Assembly (NCBI GenBank): GCA_018062515.1
Contig: JAGOSC010000001.1
Location: 40,765 to 104,764 of the forward strand
DNA from: Candidatus Omnitrophota bacterium
GTDB lineage: Bacteria; Omnitrophota; Gorgyraeia; Zapsychrales; Zapsychraceae
Reading direction: 5' to 3'
DNA: 64,000 nt
Translations under genes and position numbers: made by a program
The notes under the pieces: generated by a model
Told to the model about the DNA's origin: nothing
The model's input: the letters and a program-made list of their open reading frames with translations, nothing else
Databases searched by the model: none
Shown here: piece after piece, positions 11,366 through 20,230 of the stretch
Numbering within the stretch: the first letter of the stretch is position 1
How the letters are laid out: each line of letters starts with the position of its first letter

Positions 11366-12235
11366 TTATTTAATTGCCTCAGCCCCGGCGACGATTTCAA
11401 TTAATTCCGTCGTGATGGATGCCTGTCGGGCGCGGTTTCTTAATAATGTATACCGATTAATCATATCTGACGCATTTTTTGTCGCATTATCCATGGCCGC
11501 CATTCTGGCTCCATGTTCACCAGCCGAATTTTCAAGTAATGAAAAATAAATCTTAAAATATAAATAATGCGGAATTAAAAATTCCAATAATTCTTCAGCC
11601 TCGGGTTCAAAAATATATTCTTTCGGTCTTTCCACTTTTTCATCGACTAACTCGGCCGGGTCAATCGGCAATACCTTTTCAAAAACAGTTTTTTGGGAAA
11701 TTGGGCTTAAAAAATGATTGTACACCGTGTAAACCTCGTCGAATTTACGGTCGATGAAGTCTTTCACGATATCTTCTCCGATCCGCTTAGCCGTTTCAAA
11801 TTTTGGTGTGGCCGTAACATCTTCATAATAATTACGGACATTTTCTTTCTTCTTAAAAAATTGATAACCTCGTCGCCCGCAAAAACTAAGTGATATGGTC
11901 TGATATTTTTTACGGTTTTCATTAACCCAATGAAACACACGTTTGTTCGCATTATTATTAAAAGCCCCGCATAATCCGCGATCCGACGTGATCACCAAAA
12001 TAAGCACATTGTTCACCGCCGGCCGGGTGACAAGTAATGGATGCATGGTTGAGCTCACTGCCGCTGATATACGTGCCGTCATCTCGGCAAGACCTTGCGC
12101 GTATAATTTCGCGTTACTTTGCGCTTCCTGAGCCCGACGAAGTTTACTCGCGGCGACCATTTTCATCGTGCGCGTAATCTTCTTCGTGTTCTTAAGACTC
12201 TTTAACTTATTATTAAATTCCTTAATACTAGCCAT
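11366..12235 (-). CDS. atpG: F1 ATP synthase gamma subunit.
   Basis: 289 aa; start MASIKEF..K(I/L)[21 protein letters not shown]; C-terminal [14 protein letters not shown]; 8-bp overlap with atpA. Confidence 0.9.
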   Translation of the reverse strand: MASIKEFNNKLKSLKNTKKITRTMKMVAASKLRRAQEAQSNAKLYAQGLAEMTARISAAVSSTMHPLLVTRPAVNNVLILVITSDRGLCGAFNNNANKRVFHWVNENRKKYQTISLSFCGRRGYQFFKKKENVRNYYEDVTATPKFETAKRIGEDIVKDFIDRKFDEVYTVYNHFLSPISQKTVFEKVLPIDPAELVDEKVERPKEYIFEPEAEELLEFLIPHYLYFKIYFSLLENSAGEHGARMAAMDNATKNASDMINRYTLLRNRARQASITTELIEIVAGAEAIK

Positions 12236-13751
12236 TGGCAGGATAATTCTTATTTTTGAAATTGGTTAATATTTTATCTAATTCTGCTTTAATCTCGTCG
12301 GTGATCTTTTGTTCTTTTTCTAATAAACGGATAACATCAATATATTCAGCATCAAGCGCGTCATGTAGTTTTAATTCAAATTCACGCACTTTATTGACGG
12401 GGATAGTATCCAAATAGCCTTTAACACCAGCATAAATGATGACAATCTGTTTGGCAACCGGCAGCGGAGAATAAATTCCTTGTTTGATAATTTGCATGAG
12501 ACGTTGACCACGTTCCAATTGTTTTCGCGTGGCTTCATCCAAGTCAGAAGCAAACTGAGAAAACGCCGCTAATTCACGATACTGCGCCAAATCAAGCCGA
12601 AGTGTACCGGCTGTTTGTTTCATGGCTTTAATCTGAGCATCCCCCCCGACGCGGGAAACAGATATACCGGGATTGATGGCTGGACGCTGACCGGAGTTGA
12701 ATAAATCAGATTCCAAAAATATTTGTCCGTCGGTGATCGAAATAACGTTCGTCGGAATATACGCGGAGACGTCGCCAGCTTGTGTTTCAATAATCGGTAG
12801 CGCTGTTAAACTACCAGCACCCTTTTGGTCACTCATTTTGGCTGCGCGTTCAAGAAGACGGCTATGTAAATAGAAAATATCACCTGGATAAGCTTCACGG
12901 CCCGGCGGTCGTCGTAATAACAATGATAATTGTCGATAAGCCTGGGCTTGTTTCGTTAAGTCATCATAAATAATAAGGGCGTGCTTTCCTGAATCACGAT
13001 AATACTCAGCCATCGCGCATCCGGCATAAGGCGCTAAAAATTGCATCGGCGCAGGATCTGAGGCCGTAGCCGCGACGATCGTTGTATATTCCATCGCACC
13101 ATTTTTCTTTAAAGTCTCATGAACCGAGGCCACCGTCGATCTTTTTTGGCCAATAGCGACATAGAAACAATAAACGCCTTTACCTCGTTGGTTAATAATC
13201 GTATCAATAGCGAGCGCTGTTTTACCTGTTTTTCGGTCACCAATAATAAGCTCTCTTTGTCCTCGTCCAATCGGTGTTAATGCGTCAATAACTTTAATAC
13301 CCGTCTGTAAAGGTTCGTGAACATTTTTTCTGTCGATGATTCCTGGCGCTTTAACTTCAATTTGTCTAAAATCTTTGGTTTGAATCGGCGCCAATCCATC
13401 AATGGCTACACCCAACGCGTCGACAATACGTCCGACTAAGATTTCTCCGACGGGAACGGAGGCAATCAATTCTGTTCTCTTAACTTGATCTCCCTCTTTA
13501 ATTCCAATATCGGAACCGAATATGGCGATACCCGCATTATCAGATTCAAGATTCAGCACCATCCCCTTAATTCCGTTTGAAAACTCAACTAACTCACCCG
13601 CCATAACATTGGCCAATCCGTGAACCCGAGCGATCCCATCTCCGACGCTGAGAACGGTTCCAACTTCATACGTCTCACCTTTGTTATCAAAATTCGCTAA
13701 TTGTTTTTTCAATATAGAAGAAATTTCTTCACGCTTTAATTTCATCGACAT
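12228..13751 (-). CDS. atpA: F1 ATP synthase alpha subunit.
   Basis: 507 aa; GDRKTGKT P-loop; the remainder is alpha-subunit-like. Confidence 0.95.
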   Translation of the reverse strand: MSMKLKREEISSILKKQLANFDNKGETYEVGTVLSVGDGIARVHGLANVMAGELVEFSNGIKGMVLNLESDNAGIAIFGSDIGIKEGDQVKRTELIASVPVGEILVGRIVDALGVAIDGLAPIQTKDFRQIEVKAPGIIDRKNVHEPLQTGIKVIDALTPIGRGQRELIIGDRKTGKTALAIDTIINQRGKGVYCFYVAIGQKRSTVASVHETLKKNGAMEYTTIVAATASDPAPMQFLAPYAGCAMAEYYRDSGKHALIIYDDLTKQAQAYRQLSLLLRRPPGREAYPGDIFYLHSRLLERAAKMSDQKGAGSLTALPIIETQAGDVSAYIPTNVISITDGQIFLESDLFNSGQRPAINPGISVSRVGGDAQIKAMKQTAGTLRLDLAQYRELAAFSQFASDLDEATRKQLERGQRLMQIIKQGIYSPLPVAKQIVIIYAGVKGYLDTIPVNKVREFELKLHDALDAEYIDVIRLLEKEQKITDEIKAELDKILTNFKNKNYPANG

Positions 13752-13760
13752 ATTCAGTCC

Positions 13761-14297
13761 TTACTGGTTTAAAATAGCTGATTTAAATTTCTTTAATTTA
13801 GAATCGATACTGTAGTCGTAAACCATGTCATTAATCTGAACTTTAAATCCGCCCAACATGTTTTCTTGAATGGTTTGTTGTGTCTCAATATTTTTATTTC
13901 TTATTTTCTTAAATTTTTCGGTAATTTGATTTACCTGCGTCTCGGACAAAGCAACTTTACTCTGTATCGTCGCATGGAGAATATCTTTCGATGATAAATA
14001 TAATGATTCAAACGCCGTACATATGTGTTTTACCAATTCCAACCGGTCTTTATCGATTAAGAACAATAAAAAATTGAATGTTTGCGGCTTAAGCCTTCCC
14101 TGAAAAACTTCAGTTAACAGGTTCTTTTTTTGCGCCACAGTGATAATAGGACTGGATATAAAACGTCTGAAGTCCTCAGAGGCTTGACATAAAATGCTTA
14201 TTTCATGCAAATCATTGTGAATGTCGTCGATCTGATTTGCTTCTTTGGCGGTTTCAAATAACGCTTTCGCGTAGCGTTCGGCGATGATATCAATCAT
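13761..14297 (-). CDS. atpH: ATP synthase delta (OSCP) subunit.
   Basis: 178 aa; start IAERYAKALFE typical of OSCP; sits between atpF and atpA. Confidence 0.75.
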   Translation of the reverse strand: MIDIIAERYAKALFETAKEANQIDDIHNDLHEISILCQASEDFRRFISSPIITVAQKKNLLTEVFQGRLKPQTFNFLLFLIDKDRLELVKHICTAFESLYLSSKDILHATIQSKVALSETQVNQITEKFKKIRNKNIETQQTIQENMLGGFKVQINDMVYDYSIDSKLKKFKSAILNQ

Positions 14298-14869
14298 AAT
14301 TCACTAATATACTGAGAAATAAGTTTTCGACTTTTTGTTTCATCCAGGTTTTCCTCAATGATTTTGGCGGCCAGCTCGACGGCGATTTCAGCGCTTTCTT
14401 GTCTCAAGCGAGCCTGAGCTTCTTTGACTTCTTCTCTAATATCACGCTGCGCGTTTTCCAAAATGATTTGAGCTTCTTTTTTGGCTTGTTCAGCAATCTG
14501 GTTAGCTGCTTCTTTAGCAGCCTTCCTTGAATCTTCGATGATCCCTTTAGCCGCTGATTCCGCTTCTCTTATTATTTGCTGTTGCTTCGCGGCAAGGCTT
14601 TCCATTTCTGTTTTGATCTTGTCCGCGTCTTCCACCGATTTCTTGATGTATTGCTCGCGCGAATCCAGCGCGGCTAAAATCGGTTTCCAGGCAAACTTCG
14701 ACAACAAAAATAAAAGTATGAAAAAGCAGCCCCATGTGACCATCATTAATTGGAGATCCGTCGTCAAGAATCCGGGCAGTTCTGAGCTATGCGGATCAGC
14801 ATGCGGCGTTACGCCGATTGATTCCGTTGTTTCGTGCGTCGTTTCGTGTATCACCGTTGTTTCATTCAT
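14294..14869 (-). CDS. atpF: ATP synthase Fo b subunit, with an unusual His/Thr-rich N-terminal extension of about 45 aa.
   Basis: 191 aa; single TM (MMVTWGCFFILLFLLSKF) followed by a long Ala/Glu/Lys/Gln-rich helix typical of subunit b. The N-terminus reads MNETTVIHETTHETTESIGVTPHADPHSSELPG. Confidence 0.75.
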   Translation of the reverse strand: MNETTVIHETTHETTESIGVTPHADPHSSELPGFLTTDLQLMMVTWGCFFILLFLLSKFAWKPILAALDSREQYIKKSVEDADKIKTEMESLAAKQQQIIREAESAAKGIIEDSRKAAKEAANQIAEQAKKEAQIILENAQRDIREEVKEAQARLRQESAEIAVELAAKIIEENLDETKSRKLISQYISEL

Positions 14870-14873
14870 AGGG

Positions 14874-15092
14874 TTATTTCAAGATTAAGGTTAATAAACA
14901 AATGATGATACTGATAACGGCAACCCCTTCGATCAACCCGGCAGCAATAAGCATGGTTCCTCGAATATCTTTTAAAGCTTCCGGTTGACGCGCGATTCCT
15001 TCTAGCGCAGCAGCGGCGAGTAAACCGATTCCTAATCCGGCACCGATTGTAACTAATCCAACTCCGATTCCTGCAAATGTTGCACCTGTCAT
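14874..15092 (-). CDS. atpE: ATP synthase Fo c subunit (proteolipid).
   Basis: 72 aa; two-helix hairpin; the conserved carboxylate is the E in LIEGVAV; polar loop RQPE. Confidence 0.85.
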   Translation of the reverse strand: MTGATFAGIGVGLVTIGAGLGIGLLAAAALEGIARQPEALKDIRGTMLIAAGLIEGVAVISIIICLLTLILK

Positions 15093-15179
15093 AAAAATAT
15101 CCTTTCCTTTAACTTTTTTCTTAATTTGAATTCAATTATAACAACACATCACCCGTTGTAAATAAAGCAATTACAAAAA

Positions 15180-15962
15180 TCAATGTTCCGGATGGTAAAA
15201 GAGGGAAATAAACATCGCCGACAAAAATGTAAAAATATAAGCCTGTAAAAAAGCGACAAAAATTTCCAGCAAATAAATAAACAAAACAACCGGTATAACA
15301 ATCGGTAAAGTAAACATACCGATCAGCGCCGTCATTCCTGTTAAAGACAATAAAACGATGTGCCCGCCGAGTAAATTGGCGAACAAACGAACCATAAGAA
15401 CAAATGGCCGAATCATAAAGCCGAGAATTTCAATGGGAATCAATATAAAAAGAATGACAACCGGAACACCGGAAGGAACGAACGCATGGATAAATCCGCC
15501 TATTCCATTTTTTCTAATCGCACCGAACGTCATGTACCCGAATGTCACCAAAGCCAATGCACCGGTAATATTAAAATTGGCGGTTGCCGTCGAGAAAATC
15601 GGAATAAGCCCCATTAAATTTAAAGTGAGGATAAGAAAAAAGAATGTGCAGAATAATGGCGTCATCCTCCGTCCATCTTCTTCGCCTAGACACTGTATGG
15701 AAATCTCATTCCGAATAAACAGTACAAAAGCCTCAATCGCGTTGGTGACGCGGCCTTTGGGTTGATGGCCCTTTTCCCTATATAACAGGACGAGGAGAAT
15801 AAAGAGAAAAACGGAAGCGATAAAAAACATCAATAAATGCAGGCTAAGCGGCTTAGCCAGTTGAATAGTCGGCAAAAAAGGTAATGCCCATTCCTGGCCA
15901 TTGGCCACGTGATGCATGATGTAATCGTCTAACGCGAATTGTTCACCGGCTGGTTGTGACAT
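15180..15962 (-). CDS. atpB: ATP synthase Fo a subunit.
   Basis: 260 aa polytopic protein; conserved Arg in the penultimate helix (LMVRLFANLLGGH). Confidence 0.85.
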   Translation of the reverse strand: MSQPAGEQFALDDYIMHHVANGQEWALPFLPTIQLAKPLSLHLLMFFIASVFLFILLVLLYREKGHQPKGRVTNAIEAFVLFIRNEISIQCLGEEDGRRMTPLFCTFFFLILTLNLMGLIPIFSTATANFNITGALALVTFGYMTFGAIRKNGIGGFIHAFVPSGVPVVILFILIPIEILGFMIRPFVLMVRLFANLLGGHIVLLSLTGMTALIGMFTLPIVIPVVLFIYLLEIFVAFLQAYIFTFLSAMFISLFYHPEH

Positions 15963-16230
15963 AACGGTATAGGTCGTAGACCTTAGTCCCTAAATAAAAA
16001 ATAATAAATATTAGTAAAAACAAAACTAAATTGATTTTATTGACCAAGATGATGAACGACACCGATGAGAGAAGAAAAGCTATTCGGACTGCGTGCCATA
16101 TTAAGAGAAAAGAAATATTCCTGGGCCCTTCTCTTTTTAACGCCGCTGTTTCAATAAACCGAATAGAAATCTGATTTACTATAACTATGCTTAAAGCAAA
16201 CAAAAGTTCTAAATAGATGTTTCCTGTCAT
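15943..16230 (-). CDS. Putative ATP synthase protein I (AtpI-like small hydrophobic protein). The start is uncertain.
   Basis: The track ORF starts MDICRR... at 16314 and would overlap the atpZ-like gene. The first internal Met gives MTGNIYLELLFALSIVIV..., a 95-aa protein of two hydrophobic hairpins. It sits before atpB, as atpI does in canonical operons. Confidence 0.4.
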   Translation of the reverse strand: MTGNIYLELLFALSIVIVNQISIRFIETAALKREGPRNISFLLIWHAVRIAFLLSSVSFIILVNKINLVLFLLIFIIFYLGTKVYDLYRYVTTSR

Positions 16231-16235
16231 CGCGG

Positions 16236-16433
16236 TTAATCCGTTTCCGTGATCATTTTCCAAATCAGATAACCGCAATAAATCATTCCGAGCCCAACGC
16301 CTACAAATGTCCACCAGCGCGTCTTAAATTTTGAATCAATATAATAACCCGCATATGTCAAAACCCCGACGCCACTAATCATACTCCAAACCAAATTTAA
16401 ATATTTAAAAAACGGGTCTTTTTTCTCAACCAT
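16236..16433 (-). CDS. AtpZ/AtpR-like small membrane protein (ATPase_gene1 family), first gene of the ATP synthase operon.
   Basis: 65 aa; two TM helices separated by a short loop (ISGVGVLTYAGYYIDSKFKTRWWTFVGVGLGMIYCGY), the layout of small proteins found upstream of atpI. Confidence 0.45.
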   Translation of the reverse strand: MVEKKDPFFKYLNLVWSMISGVGVLTYAGYYIDSKFKTRWWTFVGVGLGMIYCGYLIWKMITETD

Positions 16434-16446
16434 GGCGAATACGAAC

Positions 16447-17499
16447 CTACAGAGTCACCGTCGGATGTTCCGTCGTTAAACGGGCAATTTTAGAGTAATA
16501 TTCGTCCAATTTTGCCGCAACAATCTTTTCAACATCCCGGACGGCGGCTTCGCGTTTCATTAAATTTTCCTGAACGACGGATTCCAAGTCATCAATATGG
16601 TAAAGAACAACATTATTAATCGACGCAATCTTTGGATCGATGTTACGAGGCATGGAAATATCCATAAATATCAGCTGTTTACCCTTTCTTAACTCCATCA
16701 CCTTTTCAACAATGAGCTTATCAAGAATGTAATGCGGCGCTGACGAAGAACAAATACATAAATCCACATCGCTTAGGATTTCTTTAATATCACAAAATGA
16801 AACAACCTCGCCGTTAAACGTGTCCGCTAAGCATTGCGCGTGCTCAATCGTCCGGTTCATTAAATATAATTTTCGAAATCCTTTATCTGAAATTTGACCA
16901 ACAGCCAGCTTGCTCATTTCTCCGGCGCCGATCATCAAGACAGATTTATCAGACAATGTCCCTAAATATTTTTCCGCTTTTGTCACCGCCGCCCAACTAA
17001 TGGATGATCCGCCGGAACTGATATCCGTTTCATTACGGGCCTTTTTTCCTGTACGAATGGCCACGTTCCATAAAATATTAAAATTCTTTCCTAAGAAATG
17101 TTTGCCGGCTGATTTTTCAAAAGCACTTTTGACTTGACCTAAAATCTGTTTTTCACCGAGGACGAGTGAATCAAGGCCGGTGACGACTTTAAAAAGATGC
17201 TCGACGGCGGCTCTTTGATGTTCAATGTAAAAATATCCCATTAAACCGCTGCTGTAAGCTAATTCGCGGATTTGGCATATCAACATCACAATTTTTTTGG
17301 GTTCATATTCATTGATTACATGGACGTATATCTCGATACGGTTGCATGTAGACACAACAAAAGCTTCAACAACGGCAGGATCCGAGCGAAGTTCGCTCAA
17401 TAATAAATCTTGTTGAATGGAATTGAGATAGAATTTTTCCCGGATTGAAATGGGAGCAGTTTTATGGTTAATCCCTACGACAATAATTTCCATAAGCAA
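16447..17499 (-). CDS. hemA: Glutamyl-tRNA reductase.
   Basis: 350 aa; VVSTCNRIEIY active-site motif; NAD(P)-binding GAGEMSKLAV. Confidence 0.85.
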   Translation of the reverse strand: MLMEIIVVGINHKTAPISIREKFYLNSIQQDLLLSELRSDPAVVEAFVVSTCNRIEIYVHVINEYEPKKIVMLICQIRELAYSSGLMGYFYIEHQRAAVEHLFKVVTGLDSLVLGEKQILGQVKSAFEKSAGKHFLGKNFNILWNVAIRTGKKARNETDISSGGSSISWAAVTKAEKYLGTLSDKSVLMIGAGEMSKLAVGQISDKGFRKLYLMNRTIEHAQCLADTFNGEVVSFCDIKEILSDVDLCICSSSAPHYILDKLIVEKVMELRKGKQLIFMDISMPRNIDPKIASINNVVLYHIDDLESVVQENLMKREAAVRDVEKIVAAKLDEYYSKIARLTTEHPTVTL

Positions 17500-17590
17500 T
17501 AAAATATTTTCTTAAACGTTAATTTACTGCGAGTATAGCAAAATCTATTTTGACAATCAATGTATTTACCGGAAATATCATAAGTCATTT

Positions 17591-18625
17591 TTAATTGAGG
17601 ATTTGCGAATCATTTTCTAAAACTAAAGACTTAAGGCATTCGATCCATTGAGGCTGAACATTCAGGCTCTCTACGAGATCAAGCCGTTCTCCACCTTCTT
17701 TTCGAAAAAGCTCGTCATATGTTTGTCCAATTTCAACCGTTGTTTCCAGACAATCGGCGACAAATGACGGAGATAATGCCAATATTTTTTTCTTTCCCTG
17801 TTTAGCTAGCTGAGAAATAACTTCGTCGGTGAAGGGTTTAATCCAAGGATCACGTCCAAGGCGGGACTGAAAACAAACAGTATAATCGGACTCTTTTAAA
17901 TTAATCTTTTCGGCGAGCAATCGTGAGGTTTGATAACACTGAGCGCGATAACAATATATATTTTTAGCATGATACATTGAACAACATTTTTGATTTAACT
18001 GGCAGGACCCCGATGAACTTTTTAAAATCTGGCGTTCCGGCAAACCGTGATAACTAAATAAAATGTGATCGTAATTATTCTGTTCCATGCATTTCAAAGC
18101 ATTCTGCGCGAAGGCTTCAAGAAAAAACGGATGGTCAAAAAACTGGCTGATAACGTTCAACCGAGGATAAGTTTCCCATTGTTTTAATTCATCGAGAACT
18201 TTTTCAATGGTCGATCCCGTCGATGCTGAAGCATATTGAGGATATAATGGAATAACAACTAATTGTTTAATCCCGCTCCCTTCAAACTCTTTTAAAGTCG
18301 TTTTTATCGACGGTGATTGATATCGCATGCCTAAGACAACTTTAAAGTTTTCACCTAAACTTTTCTGCAGAAGGTCACGTAATTTTTCTCCATAAACCAA
18401 TAATGGGGAGCCTTCAGCCGTCCATAATTTCTTATATTCATGAGAAGATTTAGGCGAACGGAAAGGCGCGATGATGAGATGGATGAGAAGAAACCGTTTC
18501 CAAAACGGAATATCAATCACCCGCGGGTCCATCAAGAATTCTTTTAAATACCGACGGACATCGGGGGTTTCCGGACTATCCGGCGTTCCTAAATTGATTA
18601 AAAAAACACCTGTTTTTGGCTTCAT
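17591..18625 (-). CDS. hemH: Ferrochelatase.
   Basis: 344 aa; N-terminal GVFLINLGTPDSPE..VRRYLKEFL; conserved His at H194 in FSYHGLPER. Confidence 0.85.
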   Translation of the reverse strand: MKPKTGVFLINLGTPDSPETPDVRRYLKEFLMDPRVIDIPFWKRFLLIHLIIAPFRSPKSSHEYKKLWTAEGSPLLVYGEKLRDLLQKSLGENFKVVLGMRYQSPSIKTTLKEFEGSGIKQLVVIPLYPQYASASTGSTIEKVLDELKQWETYPRLNVISQFFDHPFFLEAFAQNALKCMEQNNYDHILFSYHGLPERQILKSSSGSCQLNQKCCSMYHAKNIYCYRAQCYQTSRLLAEKINLKESDYTVCFQSRLGRDPWIKPFTDEVISQLAKQGKKKILALSPSFVADCLETTVEIGQTYDELFRKEGGERLDLVESLNVQPQWIECLKSLVLENDSQILN

Positions 18626-18805
18626 AAAAAAAGTTTAAGTAAAATTTCGAAATCCTAAATACTAAATTCGAAACAATACCTAAAATCCAAATGTTTTAAT
18701 TTTCTAAACTTTCTTTGCGTTATTATTTTTTCAAAAATTCGAAATTGTTTCGGAATTCGACTTTCGATATTCGAGATTAACTGGTTTATTTTCTGTCGAA
18801 CAATA

Positions 18806-19846
18806 TTATTTTAATTTGGAAATAAAATCAGCGATTTTGAAAACGAGCTGTTTCGAGTCTTCCCAACCGAGGCAAGGATCCGTAATCGATTTCCCGAAGA
18901 CTCCCCCATCCACATCTTGAGAACCTTCTTCGAGATAACTTTCGATCATAAGACCTTTAACAATTTTATTAATTTGTTGGGCTCGTTCCATGCTTTGTAA
19001 AACTTCCATGGCGACACGAGGCTGTTCGCTGAACTGCTTTCCGCAATTGGCATGGCTGACGTCGACGATGATGGCGGGATTGGCAAAACCTTTTTTAAGA
19101 TACATTTCGGTTAATCGATTTAAATCTTCATAATGGAAATTGGGAATATTTTGTCCGAATTGATTAAACGCCCCCCGCAAAATAGCATGCGCATAAGAAT
19201 TCCCCGGCGTCTTTACTTCCCACCCCTTATAAATAAAAGAATGCGGGGCTTGTGCGGCTTGAATTGAATTAAGAAGAACATTTAAGTCTCCGCTCGTCGG
19301 GTTTTTCATCCCGATGGGAATATCGAGCCCGCTGACGGTCAAACGATGTTGTTGATTCTCGACGGACCTGGCTCCGATAGCAACATAAGTTAATAGGTCT
19401 TCAAGATAAGGATAATTTCCCGGATATAGCATTTCATCAGCGGCGGTTAAATGCGTTTCTTGAAGAACACGAATATGCATACGGCGAATGGCTTTCAAAC
19501 CCTCAACAATATTCGGCTCTTGTTTCGGATTGGGCTGATGCGCCATACCTTTGTAACCAACGCCGGTGGTCCGCGGTTTGTTCGTATAAATTCTTGGAAC
19601 GAGCATCAATATATCTTTAACTTCATCATTTAATTTTGCTAATCGTGAAACATATTCACAAACAGCATCTTCATTATCGGCGGAACACGGCCCGATAATC
19701 AGCATAAATTTTTTACTCTTTCCAGTAAGAATATCAATTGCCTCTTGATCTCGATTGGCTTTGACTTTCTTTAAGTCTTCTTTTACGGGCATTTCTGAGA
19801 GAATTTCATCGACGGAGGGAATCTTTTGGATATATTTGAAACTCAT
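18806..19846 (-). CDS. aroG: 3-deoxy-7-phosphoheptulonate (DAHP) synthase, class I.
   Basis: 346 aa; IGPCS, KPRTTGVGYKG, GARSVENQQHR, IVDVSHANCGK motifs. Which AroF/G/H isozyme it is cannot be told. Confidence 0.8.
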   Translation of the reverse strand: MSFKYIQKIPSVDEILSEMPVKEDLKKVKANRDQEAIDILTGKSKKFMLIIGPCSADNEDAVCEYVSRLAKLNDEVKDILMLVPRIYTNKPRTTGVGYKGMAHQPNPKQEPNIVEGLKAIRRMHIRVLQETHLTAADEMLYPGNYPYLEDLLTYVAIGARSVENQQHRLTVSGLDIPIGMKNPTSGDLNVLLNSIQAAQAPHSFIYKGWEVKTPGNSYAHAILRGAFNQFGQNIPNFHYEDLNRLTEMYLKKGFANPAIIVDVSHANCGKQFSEQPRVAMEVLQSMERAQQINKIVKGLMIESYLEEGSQDVDGGVFGKSITDPCLGWEDSKQLVFKIADFISKLK

Positions 19847-20002
19847 TATTTTTCCTTACTAAGTTAAAATGATCAACGGATAATTTTTCAAAATATTTAA
19901 TTTCTAAATTTTGGAAATTATAACATTAAACATAGGTGAGGGCAAATGATTCATTGGTTTAGTATTTACTGATTATAAAATCCTGAGCGACTGGCAATAG
20001 CC

Positions 20003-20230
20003 CTATCTTATGCTGGACAATTGATCTTCCGTATTTATAACCGCGCCTAATATGAGTGGTAGATTTGTGATTGGGGTGACGTTGATAATGACCGGCATTA
20101 AACCATCATCAATTTGAATATTCTCAAAATTGTATACCTTATTACCCGCGTCAAGATTATTCCCTTGACCTCTAATTTCTAATTCCAATAAATCAAGGCT
20201 AAAATCAACCCCACCTGTAGGACTCTGCGC
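20003..20230 (-). other. Family C-terminal conserved domain of about 70 aa (P1 copy). The same domain ends P2 (34746-34990), P3 (38425-38700) and P4 (54757-55000).
   Basis: Four-way alignment by eye gives GG(I/V)D(F/L)NPxLLDL(E/Q)IxGxG - 20-30 aa - NIxIxxGxxP(V/I)IINxTPxTNxPxLLG, then a short acidic/polar tail. I do not recognise the domain. Confidence 0.7.

Noticed and set aside
15943-16314. Track ORF MDICRRW... overlapping both atpB and the upstream small gene.
   Set aside because: The first 28 residues are non-hydrophobic and overlap the atpZ-like ORF. An internal Met at 16230 gives a clean small membrane protein. Trimmed and kept as low-confidence AtpI-like.
19847-20002. Possible shared 3' motif CAATAGC downstream of the P1 stop, compared with the P3 and P4 3' flanks.
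   Set aside because: Only a 7-mer is shared with the P4 flank, and the longer AACTCTGCT motif is absent here. Too weak to call.
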